64,000 nt of DNA, taken from Ostrea edulis. Taxonomy: Eukaryota. Shown here piece by piece: positions 1-13,099 of this stretch. Position 1 is the first letter of the stretch, and every line of letters starts with the position of its first letter. The notes under the pieces were generated by a model. That model ran no database searches and was not told where the DNA came from. It was given only the letters and a program-made list of their open reading frames with translations. The position numbers and the translations under genes were made by a program. The stretch lies in assembly GCF_947568905.1 (NCBI RefSeq), contig NC_079173.1, positions 21,328,001 to 21,392,000 on the forward strand, in the 5' to 3' direction.

Positions 1-184
1 CTACGGCGTGTTACAAATGACAGTGAAAATAAAACATCTCTTTTATATTTCGTGTAAGTGTGTAAGGAAGAAGCGTTTATTCCTCCCAACGTCCATGACA
101 TCATTAAATAACACCGGATTCACATTTCACACATGCTGCACGAGATACATTTCAAAATGGAATGAATCTATGAACCCACGAATG

Positions 185-330
185 ATGAACAGGGGATACT
201 TACTCCTCTTAGGCACCTGATCCCACCTCTGGTGTATCCAGGGGTCCGTGTTTGTTCAACTCTCTATTTTTTTTATTGCTTATAGGAGTTATGAGATTGA
301 TCGCTGTTCGTTATCTTCACCTTTCATTAA
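185..330 (+). mobile_element. Penelope-type 3' module (other copies at 1050-1170 -, 3130-3330 +, 12920-13095 +, 15955-16090 +, 33060-33405 +, 46930-47000 -, 63295-63330)
   Basis: Recurrent TTACTCCTCCTAGGCACCTGATCCCACCTCTGGTGTGTCCAGGGGTCCGTGTTTGCCC...GAGATTGATCACTGTTCGTTATCTTCACC sequence. Confidence 0.7.
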
Positions 331-504
331 TACATGTATAGTCATGTTACAAACACACATTTTACATTATCTCACATATACACCTACATCAGTCATGGTT
401 TCCTGCTTCAGATTGATATTTCACGTAGTGGTTTTATTGATTAATTTTAGTATTACTTCTTGCTTTGTCCAATAGTCTTCCAAGTAGGACCAAGATAAAT
501 GTTA

Positions 505-690
505 AGGGCGGGAAAATTTAGGCCTATACTCGGCGCTTACGGCCTTTGAGCCCGGAGGGATATTTATCGTGCCACACCTGCTGTGACAAAGGACCTCGTT
601 TTTTACGGTCTCATCCAAAGGACTGCTCCATTTAATCGCCTTTTACAACAAGCAAGGTGTACTGATGATTTATTTTATCCCGGAAAGACA
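505..690 (-). mobile_element. Short ~265-bp SINE-like retroposon (Deu/Nin-like domain), partial copy
   Basis: Matches the family core GCCACACCTGCTGTGACA...GTCGCCTCTTACGACAAGCAAGG. Confidence 0.7.
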
Positions 691-714
691 TAAATAGCAA
701 GAACAATAGGCTAC

Positions 715-2700
715 GTGGATGATAAAGAAGTTCTGCTTAATCATCTCCATAACCATCAAACAGTGTATGAATGTTCGTTTGCTGCAAAGGTAAACCCAGT
801 TGAGACTGTATATAACACACCATCCATCTACAATAGTAGTAAAAATTGTAGCGATCTACCTGCTCACTTGCAAGACATTTTCTGGGATCCAAATCCAAGT
901 TGACTACTAATGAAACATGTAAACTTAAAATAAATTCTTAATCAGTTATTCCAACCAATTTGCCACACCAGAGAAAGATTTAGGACGTATTGCATTAATG
1001 AAACACACAGTTGACATTAACAATGCTCGTCCGTTGAAAGAGTCCCTAGAAAGGGTGAAGATAACGAACAGTGTTCAATCTTATAACTTCTGTAAGTAAT
1101 ACAAAATAGAGAATTGGGGAAGCACGGACCCCTGGATGTACCAGAGGTGGTATCAGGTGTCTAGGCGGAGTAAGAATACTACATCATTTAGAGGATAAAT
1201 GAACAAACAAGTAGATGGCTTGCTTAAGAGAAGTATGTTAGACCAATTGTCATTAGGCACAGTGCAGGCAAAATTAAAGATGATTATCAATCACCACGCA
1301 TTGATGAATCACTTGACAGTCTCGCTAGCGCTCTTGACGTGTGCTCGGGTTACTGGCAGGCTGGCATGGATAAAGTAGATAGACTAAAAACGACATTCGC
1401 GACAAAGCGTGGGCTATTTCACTTCAACGCTAACCTGGCCTTTGAAACGCTCCAGTGGATTTTGAAAGACTGATGGATCCTGTTTTGAGAGGTTTGCAAC
1501 AACACATGTGCTTAGCATACCTTGACGATAGTATCGTCATGAATACATCGTTCGATGAAATGTTGAATAATGTAACATGGGTATTTGATAAATTGTTATC
1601 AGCTGGTCTAAAATTGAAGGCCAAGAAATTTTACTTGTTTCATAAAATTGTGCAGTTTCTCGGATACATGGTGCCAGAAGATGGAATCACAACAGATCCT
1701 TAATAGGTTGCTACAGTAAAGACAAAATATTAAGGAAATGAGAAGTTCTTGACCTTTGTATTTACTATCTATCAGGCGTTTTCCCCAAACTTCGCCACAA
1801 AAACAAAACCACTGAACACACTGACTATAAAGGGTATCAGTTCTAGATGGACGGACGATTGTCAAAGATCATTTTAGTGCTTAAGTCATGCACTGATTTC
1901 CACACCAATACTAGCCCATCCAGATGTTTATCAATCATTTATTTTGAATATAGACGCACGTGACGTAGCCATGGAGTGTGTCTTTCTCAGATACAGAATG
2001 GTATTAAAAAGTTATTGCTTTTGCAAACAGAACGCTATCTAAAGCAGGAAAACGTACTGTATCTGATTTATTTGTATTTGATGTATTTGAACCTCCATGT
2101 AATTTTGAAATGAGAGGAGATCACAGACTGGGAAAACATGGTTATGCAGATGCACTGAGGAGAATCTCTTGCGAAAATGTGTATTGTTGTGAATAAGTAG
2201 TGAACTCATTACATGGCATATCTTTCTCGCCTTACAGACGATTAAAAGTCCTAAGCTTGCTTATACATGTACAATGGTTGACATCGGCACGAAACCACCA
2301 CCAGCTGATACATCAGTACATCGTCAGTTTGTAAAAGCCATCTGGTTCGAATGGGATACGCTGGTAATAAATGTTGTTTCGAAAGAAAAATCCCAGAAGA
2401 ATAGTTCAGAACTGTTGCAAGTCGCTATACAATTTAGTGCGAGACGTACACTATTAAGACCACACCATGATGAAAGATATTCTGCTCACCTAGAAGAAGA
2501 AATGGCAAAAATAAAAACAAATACTAGTAGCCATGGGTCCGTTTTACAAAAGGTCACAAATCCTAAAAGTATCCGTAAGACATCAAATGCACAATATTCA
2601 GGCTTCGTGGGTTGCGATGAAATTCGGTCGTACGTCGACGACCGCTCGGGGGCAACCCTATTTCCTAGACTTTGTCTTAAAGAGGTCCACACCTGAGATT
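715..2700 (+). mobile_element. Degenerate Ty3/Gypsy LTR-retrotransposon pol remnant (RT, RNase H, integrase-upstream region)
   Basis: Frameshifted fragments LDVCSGYWQAGM, KTTFATKRGLFHF, CLAYLDDSIV, VQFLGYMVPEDGITTDP. Multiple stops; interrupted by a Penelope-type fragment near 1050-1170. Boundaries approximate. Confidence 0.85.
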
Positions 2701-3380
2701 TGGAATAATGTCAATTTTTTGGGAAGTGTATTTAAGCTACAGTCTTCTAAACATGACTTTTTTGCCCTTAAAATTGTCTCACGATTTATTCATTAAAACT
2801 TGATTTGTCTGTTGGTGTCGACACCTCATAAGCATTCGTCACACAAGAGGTAGTTACGTACTCATATAATATCGTCAGAGCACGTATCAAACAAAAGTGG
2901 GAGGTGTGTGTCATGATATCCATTGTATTTCTGTATATTCCCGCATAAACCATTATACTTTTTTCAATGATGTTGACTATTTCAAGTATTTTATGAATAT
3001 GCATGCCATATTAGACCCTTAATTCGATACACCCCTTCACACATACTGTATGTCTATAAATGCACGTGTACATACATGTAACACTTTGAATGTATTTCGC
3101 TACCCAATGTCTTGGTAGATGTATACGACTGCGGATAACTCCGTTTACCTGATCAGGATATAGGGCTCACGGCGGGTGTGACCGGTCAACAGGGGATGCT
3201 TACTCCTCCTAGGCACCTGATCCAACCTCTGGTGTGTCCAGGGGTCCGTGTTTGCCCAACTATCTATTTTGTATTGCTTATAGGAGTTATGAGATTGATC
3301 ACTGTTCGTTGTCTCCACCTTGCACCAATGACAACGATGTTCCATTTTACCGAAAGAAAAACAATCTTCAACCTGTTGAT

Positions 3381-3709
3381 TGATTGATTGTTTGTTTTAC
3401 ATCCCGTTGAAAATTTTTCACTTAAGATTGGGACATCACCAGTTGTAGGCGAAGTACCACTTTAGACCTATGCTTAGCGCTCAGGGCCGTAACAGTGAGG
3501 ATTCTTTATCGTGCCAACGCCTACCGCGAAAATGGACCTCTGTTTTTAAGGTCATATCACTTCTAAATGCCGAGCGTTTGGCGAAAGAGTAATCACTATC
3601 TATGTCAGCGCCTTAGGTTTGACGCTGCCAGGGCACGAGCGGGGCTCGAACTCACGACCCCTCGGCAACGAAGCGAACGCTCTACCACTGAGCTACCACG
3701 ACCGGGCAG
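3381..3709 (-). mobile_element. tRNA-headed SINE (MetaSINE-like family)
   Basis: A box TAGCTCAGTGG and B box GTTCGAGCC on the - strand, (CAAT)n tail, 9-bp TSD CCTGTTGAT at 3372-3380 and 3710-3718. Confidence 0.85.
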
Positions 3710-3890
3710 CCTGTTGATAGTATGATAGTGATAATAGTGAATGTGAAGAATATTATAATGTGTAGTATATGAGAGAAGAAAATGTGTGACTGGACCGGGA
3801 ATCGAACCCGGTACCCCAGAAGTCTCCCTCATTTCGCCCCTGGCAGGACAACCTGCTATGCAGGGGTGGTCAATGGCGCCAATTGTAGCA

Positions 3891-4107
3891 TACCGTAAAT
3901 CTGGATATTTTTGCGTCGATTTATTTTTGCGAATTTGAGTAAAAAGCCTATCTATTTATTTTTGTGTTTCTTAATTTTGCGACTTATGTAAAGACATATT
4001 AAAAAACGTGTGAAACATTATTTTTGAGAAAAATATTTTTGCGAATCCAATTGATTCGCTAAAACGCTAAAAATTAATCGACAGCAAAAATAACCTGATT
4101 TACGGTA
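3891..4107. mobile_element. MITE with TACCGTAAAT TIRs (Tc1/mariner-pogo type, TA target)
   Basis: TACCGTAAATCTGG ... CCTGATTTACGGTA. Confidence 0.8.
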
Positions 4108-4281
4108 GGAGAGGAGTAAATCTATGTTTGGACCGGGAATCGAACCTGGGATCCTTGCATTATTAGTCAGGTGCTCTAACCACTGAGCTATGCAGGCCGA
4201 TATCCACGGTCCGTAGCCCTAACTACTACATATGTTATGAAACCAATTTTCTTTCCTACCAAGTGCCATAACGGATATATA

Positions 4282-5850
4282 TACTACTCAAAATTTGATA
4301 AGGGTCATAGATATTTTTCTGTTTAAAAAAATACTAACTGCATAACTGGCAATATTGTATCCAAGTGAAAGCAAAAATGTATTCAACAAACTTGCACGTG
4401 CATTTCATGCCATGGGAAATGCGTTTCTCATCACAGTTTATGCTTTTGCTACCATTGCACGATTTTCACTCAGGCATCGGTGTCTGATTCTTTCTAAAAT
4501 TTCAAACTCACTTGAGTGTTAACACTACGTTTATCAACACAATGCCCCCTCAACGTGTAAGGCGTCGCCTGAAGACAGAACAACTGGGCAGATGTATTGG
4601 AATGCTTGACGCTGGCTATTCACAACGTGACGTTGCAAATACACTAAACGTCAGCCAGAGCGTTGTAAACAGGGCCTGGAACCGACAGCAAACGTTTGGT
4701 ACAGCAGCACACCAACATGGGGGTGGTCGTCAGAGGTCGACAACCCAACGCCAAGACCATTTTGTGGCTCTTCAGGTACGACACCATCCCTTCTGGACAG
4801 CAAACAGCCTACGTAACGACCTCCTGAACGCCTCGGGGGTGAATTTTTCCACCCAGACGATACGGAATCGGCTTCACATTGCAGGTCTCAACTCGAGAAG
4901 GGCATGTGTTGGAGTCCCTCTGACTGTTCGACACCGGCGGGAGCGATTGGACTGGGCTGAAGATCATGTCACTTGGACACAGAACGATTGGGTTCAAGTT
5001 CTGTTCACCGGTTAGTCCTGGTATTGTTTGGACTTTACGGACAGGAGGCACCGAGTGTGACGACGACAACGTGAACGTTTCCATGATGCCAAAATCAGTT
5101 AATATGACTGTTATGGTGGTGGTTCCATCATGGTCTGGGGTGGAATCAGCAGGAATGGAAGAACATATCTCCATGTCTAGGAGAGAGGAACATTGACGGG
5201 GGTGCGGTACCGGGATGAGATCCTCGATGTTTACGTCAGACCCTACGCTGGTGCTGTTGGCCCTGAGTTCATCCTGATGGATGATAACTCCCATCCTCAT
5301 CGCGCCATGGTGGTGGAGCAGTACCTTCAGCAGGAGACAATTTTTCCGTATGGATTGGCCAGCGCGCTCGTCGGACTTGAACCCGATTGAGCATGTATGG
5401 AACATGCTGCAGATTGCCATTTCACGCCGTAGAGCACAACCCAGAACTTTGGCAGAGCTCGGAAACGCCCACGTGGAAGAGTGGAACAACCTTCCCATTG
5501 GAAACATCCGGGTGCTTATTGACAGCATGGCTTGACGTTGTCAAGCCGTCATTGATGCAAGGGGAGGCCATACCCGGTATTGACACTTCATCGACTAAGT
5601 GTAATGATGGACTATCCCCAAAGACTGTGTAATTCTTTCTCTGGTTTGCTGTTAACTTTTTGTAATGAAATGCCTTTAGGTGTTGTTATCAGATCTCAAG
5701 CATTCCGTATTGATAAAAGTTCATGCCGTCCATGAATTCTCATTCATAACCTGAGTAAACACGTTTCTGAGTCAAATTTATGTCTTTTGTTATGTTAGTG
5801 GTAAATTACACACATATAACCTAGTGATCCTTATCAAATTTTGAGTAGTA
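4282..5850 (+). mobile_element. Full-length Tc1 (DD34E) transposon, inactive
   Basis: 26-bp TIRs TACTACTCAAAATTTGATAAGG(G/A)TCA at 4282-4307 and 5825-5850, flanked by TA; encloses a transposase pseudogene. Confidence 0.93.
4542..5583 (+). pseudogene. Tc1 transposase pseudogene
   Basis: MPPQRVRRRL...HTH region, W..VLFT, GGGSIMVWGGIS, FILMDDN...34 aa...NPIEHVW, ending GGHTRY*. The first catalytic D is changed to G, there are several in-frame stops (first at 5013) and a frameshift near 5340. Confidence 0.92.
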
Positions 5851-6150
5851 TATATTCTGTACGTTGAAACGTCGGATTTTGCGCTGTATTTATATTCATT
5901 TTGACAACTTCATGCACTGAAGAGTTCTAATACGACTTGCAACAAACGAAGTTGCGATATACGATACGTTGTGAAAAGCGGCCCTGCGACATGCGACATG
6001 CGCGACATATTCAATTTTACGACTTAAGATTTACGACTTTATGTAAAACGCTGTCCAGGATTACATAAGGAGTACATGTATATTGTAGGGTGTGAAAAAT
6101 ATCAGAGAAACAAATCACTTGATATAACCAAATGGGCACCAATAGTAGCA

Positions 6151-6318
6151 TACCGTAAATATGGATATTTTTGCGTCGATTTATTTTTGCGAATTTATGT
6201 AAAATCATATTAAAAAACGTGTGAAACATTATTTTTGATAAAAATATTTTTGCGAATCCAACTTACTCGCAAAAACGCTAAAAATTAATCGACAGAAAAA
6301 ATAACCAGATTTACGGTA
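6151..6318. mobile_element. Second copy of the TACCGTAAAT MITE with a ~49-bp internal deletion
   Basis: High identity to 3891-4107. Confidence 0.8.
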
Positions 6319-7394
6319 TTAATTGTACCAGAAATATCATGAAAAAAATATCTATAGATAAATGTCGCGCATGACCTTAAAGTTCAACATTACATTTAAA
6401 ACAATAAAATTAGATTTAATTTTTTCACTGTGTTAAGGATGCGCATGCGCTAGTCACATGTCTGTCGGTTAAGTCGTATAAACTGACATCGCCTGAGTTT
6501 TAAAGAATTCTCACTGCACTGGTCCGGGCGGTTAACACCAGTCTGAATTGGCGTTGAATTAATATGGGTGTAGAAAATCAAGCAATTTATCAATCTACCA
6601 TTTCTTCTCCTCGGGGATCTACAATTAAAATGAAAAACGCATGAGCTTTAACACTTTTTTATTTTGACTTATAAATCGTCAAAAATCAAAGCGTTAAACC
6701 CTTTTTCTGCGTCAGTGACCATACGTTAGAGATAATATTCTTTATGTATGCCAATGAAAGCATTGTACACGATTCATTAATTTTTCATTTTCCTTTGACA
6801 ATTATCGTTGTGTATAATTCATGTGAAAGATAATACCATTTTAGCTTTAAAGAATGTGTCTTTTTTCTAATCTACAAACATCGATCATGTGTATGAAGGA
6901 CCGTTTCTGATCAAAGGTAATCATAATTACTGGTCTGTGTATGTTTTATTGCTCTTTTATCATTTCATTGATTTCATCAATTTAAAATACGATACTATCA
7001 AATTTCGTATGCTTTGATACATGTTGATATGACCCCATGTTGATACCGTTGCACCAAGTATCAGCCATTCTGCATTACCGTTCCGCAAAAATGTTGATTC
7101 CGCAATTGTTTTTACTGTTCCGTAGAAACTTGTAAGTCTTTCCCGCGGCCTGTCGTGTGGTTAGTTTACCGACACAGGTAGGAAATGTAGATACATTGAT
7201 TATTGAAATAGCATGCACGATAAAACATCGATAACGAAAAATGTGACACTACATAAAAAAGATACGATGCGTGAGTTAGTGGGCTATCCACGTTGTTTGC
7301 CCTGATATCATTTGTACCCGAAAGTCCTTGAAGTTTTTTTTTTTTTACCGACAACTTCATTTCTCATGCATTTTTATAATTTTTATAGAGAAAT

Positions 7395-7585
7395 CAAGTT
7401 TGCCTTTTTTCATTTTTTTTCACTGTTATGTTGCTTTTTTCATTCTTTTCACTTGTTTGTTGCTTTTTTCATTCTTTTCACTTGTCTGTTGCTTTTTTCA
7501 TTCTTTTTACTGTTATGTTGCTTTTTTCATTCTTTTTACTGGTTTATTGCTCTTTTCATTCTTTTCACTATTATGTTGCTTTTGA
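7395..7585. repeat. ~29-bp T-rich tandem repeat, about 6 copies
   Basis: TTTTTTCATTCTTTTCACTTGTTTGTTGC units. Confidence 0.85.
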
Positions 7586-8494
7586 AGTACGGAAACATAG
7601 TGTTTTAGAGTTTATTTTGCGGAAACGTGATAAAACGTTTTTTGCGGAAAAGTAAAAATGAAATTTTCGATATTTGCAAAAACGCAATGAGGGTGTGGAT
7701 CACAGGCACTTGTCTCTGTAAATAACTTACGACCTCTGTATACTAATAATAACACAAGGTACCTAGCTTCAAATGACACCTAATCCCCCCCCCCCCCCCC
7801 CCCCGAGAATGTCGGCCTGTTGAGCTTCCAGGGAATATACTATGTAAATGTACTTACTACCGTTCTCTTGTACAATCATTCAATTAAAAAACCATGTATG
7901 GCATGACTGCATTTATTGCCTATTATCTCCGAAAACTGCAACAAAACATGGGTCTACAGCTCGATTTTCCGTTTTATACCACGAAGTGCTTTGTACTGAT
8001 ACCGCACAGAATGAAAATTGTATATTCGTTGTGTTGAAAAATAAAGTCTCATTGTTTTATTATCACAATAAATTGATACGATGTTTGTTACCAAAAAATC
8101 TTGAAAATATTGCTTTGTTAACAAAATGAAAATTTTGAATTGAAGACGTTGTACGTTATTTTTAGCTACTGAAAGCTGTAGTGTGAATACATGTATGTAA
8201 TGATCAATTTCAGTTTGCGCCATTTTGAAAGAACTTAAGATACGATATTTTAATAATTGCGATACTTTTGACAAACATGCGAGATGATATGAAAGCCAAT
8301 AATTTGACATATACTTGTGTAAGCAAAAGCAAAAGTCATTTGAGATGTAGGACTGGGATGCTTACATGTGATCCCTTGTTCAAGAACTTGAGGTGTACTT
8401 GTAATGTTTCACAAGAGAGACAAATACAAGTAACGTTATAGATCCTAGTACGATGTATATTTAATTGCTGTTATAAAATTTAGAAATTCATTTC

Positions 8495-8686
8495 AAAATT
8501 AAGGATTATCTCCCTCACGCATAGCACTTATCCTTAGACGAATTTGACTCCATTTTTTGGCACACTGTTTTTCCCTATAATAGCTCTAAAACTTCATTGT
8601 TATTTCGGATTTCAAACATTTCGGTTGAGCATCACTTTCGAAATGCGCATATGGTGCATCAAAGTTGGTACCGTATAAGTTTTACA
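8495..8686 (+). mobile_element. Penelope pseudo-LTR-type fragment, hammerhead core deleted
   Basis: Aligns with 23940-24085 but lacks the CTGANGA/stem II segment. Confidence 0.65.
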
Positions 8687-9460
8687 TCCAAGCCATTTAC
8701 GAACCGTGAACTTGAGATAAAACTGTAAACAATAGCACATGTCAAATAGTTTTCAGTGGTTATAATTAGAATTATACAAAGAAATCATTAAAAACTATTA
8801 AACATCATTAATGATTTTTTAATGAGTTGACTCGCGTAGCCAGCTATTCCATGACATCGGGTCCGTCCTGCGTATTGTCCTCTTCACCACCGCCGTCATA
8901 CGCAACTGAATATAGTTTGACTGCCAGTGTATTATGTTAATTGTTTTGTTAGATGAAATAATTGCCGTGCACATGACATTCTTAATAATGTCAATGGAGG
9001 ACTAACATTGTTTGTGTTTGTGAAAGAACGTGAGAACTTAATATGAATTCTTTCGAAATAGAAAATATATTATTAATCGCGCATGAATATAAGGAGGAGG
9101 TTAGGAGAATAAGGACTTCGTATTACTTTCGTGAAAATACAAACGATGTGGCGATTCGTGAACTAATATTCTTACAGAATTATGATGAAATATACCTGAA
9201 ATGAATTAACAAATTCTGTATTCGCTTTGTGTAAATCTTTAAACAACGAACGAGTTAACATCATTTTACATATTTCGCGTGGCACACGTGTGTGGGAATA
9301 CTTATGTAAACAAGACGGAGGAAGGAAGAGACAATTAAGATATTTGAAGACTTCAAGATAATAATTTGTATCGCTACCTGCTACAGATTGTGTCCCGGCT
9401 GTTACTTTTTTGTGGCGGGCTTTTGATATATGACATGTACCGAGTGATCACCAAATGCAA

Positions 9461-9707
9461 ATGTTGTTTAACGTCCCTCTCGAGAATCTTTCACACACAT
9501 GGAGATGTCATCATTGCCGATGAAGGGCTGCAAAATTTAGGTCTATGCTCGGCTCTTACGATCTTTGCGCAGGGAGATATCTTTATCGTGTCACACCTGC
9601 TGTGACATAGGGTCTCAGTTTTGCGGTCTTTTCCGAAGGACCGCCCCATTTAGTAGCTTCTAAAGACAAGCAATTCGTACTGAGGATCTTATATTCTACC
9701 CGGATCC
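9461..9707 (-). mobile_element. Short SINE-like retroposon (Deu/Nin-like)
   Basis: Family core from TTTAACGTCCCTCTCGAG to CCCGGATCC. Confidence 0.8.
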
Positions 9708-10889
9708 AATGTGTATGGTACCATGGATACTGACCTTTGATTTTGAACTTTGATCTACAAATAACCTATGTCTTTGTCTAATGATGTAGTCTTTTAATAA
9801 ATTTGTTGGTAGATGTCTTGTGTTCCTAGTTCGTGGCCTTGCAATTCCACATATATCTAAATGTAGTTAAGCGTAATACTTATATGCATGTAGATTCTTT
9901 AAAAATCCAGAATTAAAGCTCACAAGATAGTGCTGTATATTACGTCCATTCTGAAGGCTTTTGGTTTTAAAAAGTAGTAGTAAATGAAAAATGCTGTATA
10001 CTGTATTTTTATTTTATAATTTTTTGACAATTTGGAAACAGAAGAGAGTACCAAGATGTGCCTCTTCAAGCAGACTGGATCATTCAATAACAGTATCAGA
10101 ATCATTAATTAGAAAAGTACTATTGGAGGGAATATTGGAATAATTGACCAATATTTCTATTAATTTTGCGCTAAACCTTGTTTCATCTTGATTAGACAAA
10201 AAATGCTATTTTCGCTTCTTCCAAATTGCGGTATCATTTTTATGCCTAATATGAATATAATTGGTGTGGAAATGACGAATGTTTCTTTTGGAAATATGTG
10301 CGCTAAAACAGGTTAATGAAAGAGCTGTTTCTTCTTGTCTGAATACTTTCCCATTATTTTTACACATGTTATTATGCAACTGCATTGCTTATAGCATTTC
10401 AGTACTTTCAGTACTTTGATTCCCCTTAGTCTTGCTTTCACAATATCAATTGAAGCTTAAAGTCATGGATATTCAATGTATAACGGAAGAAAATGTACAA
10501 GTGTGAGACCTTCATCGATCCAAACTTTACGATAAAAAAAGCAAAAGCAAACATCCGTTTCACACAATGAACAGGTATCTACAGAATTTTGTTGGTGTTT
10601 TTTCTCCCCTTATCCTATTCCAATAATATCCTATATATCTTCCAAATTACCTTTCAAAAATCTATAATTTAAATCTCCACGGTATAATTGACGTGCCAGC
10701 AAATCCCTTTCTAACATACAAGCTTATTCTGGCTGGGAAAAAAGAGAGCACCTAGAGATTTTTAAAACCCAAACACCCGGCCGACTGCACACCACGTTCA
10801 GTATGTAAATACTCTCATATAGGTTCTTCTCGTTTTGGATTTGGAGTTTCTATATCACATAATTCCATTTAATTATAAATCTCCTTCAT

Positions 10890-10976
10890 TGGAGCACGTG
10901 CTGAGATACACCTAGCTACAGTGGTACTGTGTCTTGGATTTTGTGAAAACATGGCGGCCTCTTTTTATAGGTAAGA
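10890..10976 (+). promoter_or_regulatory. Candidate first exon/promoter-proximal region with YY1-type motif and strong donor
   Basis: AACATGGCGGC at 10948-10958 followed by AG|GTAAGA at 10970/10971, with CACGTG just upstream. Confidence 0.35.
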
Positions 10977-11587
10977 CAAATGACCGACACAATGCATGTA
11001 ACTGATGAATAATTATCAAGCTTGTTTTCTATTTTGATTTATCAGTATCAATGATTTGGATCATTTATGAATATGTTTATATTTTAGTTCAAGTTTCCCT
11101 CACTTACGTGAAGATAAAATTTAAATGAATTTATTAAGTATTTACATGTTAATGAAAGTGTCGGCAGATACATTGTAAGGAACTCTGCAATAAATGCATG
11201 TCTCAGACTCTCACGATACTGGTATTTTTTAAAGATCAAGTAAATGCTCAAAATAATGCTTGAAGGCATAAGCTCTGCCACACAAAATGCCAACTATTCG
11301 TGATGTTGAAAGTGAGTAGCTTTCAGTCTGTACAATACATGTATAACTATAAGTACTTACAAGCGATTAATCTGATGCTCTTCACAAGCTGCGTCAAACA
11401 GAGAATAGAGATTTAACATGCCAAACGTGTCCTATTTCACGTCAGATCTAACAAATATATTCTTTTAAAATCCAAGTATCCAATGATAAACAACCAATGT
11501 TTTTTAATGGTTTCTAATATGTATGTTCTTTAAAAAAATATTTCGTTGTTTCCGTTTTGCAACAGAAGTCGGTTTCCCACACTAATA

Positions 11588-11872
11588 TTGACTGATTGAT
11601 TGTATATTGTTTAACGTCCCGCTTGAGAATTTTTCACTCATATGATATGGTGACGTCATCATTGCCGATGAAGGGCTGTAAAATCTAAGCCTGCATGTGT
11701 ATGTTCGGCGCTTACGGCGTTTGAGCAGCAAGGGGTCTTTATTGTGCCATACCTGCTGTGTAACGGGACCCCGGATTTTTCGGTTTCATCCGAAGGACCA
11801 CCCCATTTAGTCACCTTTTACGACAAGCAAAGGGTAATGAGGGCCTACTCTAACCCAGACCCTCACAGGGCC
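11588..11872 (-). mobile_element. Short SINE-like retroposon (Deu/Nin-like)
   Basis: (CAAT)n tail, family core, TSD ACACTAATA at 11579-11587 and 11875-11883. Confidence 0.82.
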
Positions 11873-12919
11873 CAACACTAATAAAGCAACTTGCACATAC
11901 ATACACTGCACAGCTTCAAGTGCTTTTTTAAAATTCCTTTTCTGGGTTTTGTCTCCAAAACTACTTCAATTTATATAAAATAAAACGAAAAACTTCGTTT
12001 ATATATCGGACTATTTTATAGTAGGTGTAAATTGATCAAATTGTATAAAATCTCAGTGGGCGAAACTTTTCCATCAAGTATATCGACATTTGATGGGCAT
12101 TCCACTAAAAGCATTCCTGCTTTAAAATTTTCAATGTTAGACCGTCATTTATGTGTCAATAAAAACCTTTTTAACAAATACATGCATGTTGGTATGATTT
12201 AAATTCATTGACTATCCAACACCTTCACATCAACTTTAATCCCAAACCAATCACTGTTTTATAAAGATTGTCAATCGTATCTTTCAGTGTATTTCTCCAT
12301 ATTGTATGTTGTTATGGATCGGGAAAGAAATCACAAATTTGGCAGCATCTGAATACCATTTTCCATCATAATCTGATATTGGAATTCTATAGGCACGAAT
12401 CCTTGACATGAACACGCGTCATTGAAGAACGAAATCTGAATAATATATACTTAATCATCATCGATTCAAGCTTTCAATTTAGATAATTACTCTTTTTTTG
12501 AAAATTAATTTAACACAATTGTGAACAAAAAGAATGACATCAAAATAAAACATCTTGAATTATTTATCTAAACACAAACTGTATCCAAATTCTATATTTA
12601 TCTAACTAAAATTATTAACAGCAATGAGTCTTATGAAGTCTTACAAGTGCCATGCTGCTTCTAAAGTAAATTGATAAATATACCTATTCTGCGATATTTC
12701 CCCTATTTATTGAAGTTGACGGCACCTTTTCCCCATTACAAAGCACTGCTTGCAATCAATGTGAATGTTAGTACATGTATAAGGTATTGGAATGAATTAT
12801 CCGCTTCAGTACTGGAACCTCCAACCGTATCCAAAACATTGATACCACTTACATCTGATAATTTCTGGGGCGCTTTATTTTGAAAATGTTAGCGCAGATT
12901 TAGCAAGCGAAAATATACT

Positions 12920-13095
12920 GTACCTGATCAAGATATAGGGCTCACGTCGGGTGTGACCGGTCAACAGGGGATGCTTACTCCTCCTAGGCACCTGATCCCA
13001 CCTCTGGTGTGTCCAGGGGTCCGTGTTTGCCTAACTATCTATTTTGTATTGCTTATAGGAGTTATGAGATTGATCACTGTTCGTTATCTTCACCT
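12920..13095 (+). mobile_element. Penelope-type 3' module abutting the 24-bp satellite
   Basis: Near-identical to the copy at 3140-3325. Confidence 0.75.
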
Positions 13096-13099
13096 TGCA

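Noticed and set aside
4130-4198. tRNA-like sequence with A and B boxes on the - strand (similar pieces at 3785-3825 and 3630-3704)
   Set aside because: The acceptor and anticodon stems do not pair; these are repeat-derived heads, not tRNA genes.
6440-6450. NRF1-like TGCGCATGCGC motif
   Set aside because: It is isolated, next to a TTAAGG that looks like a transposon end, with no associated exon.
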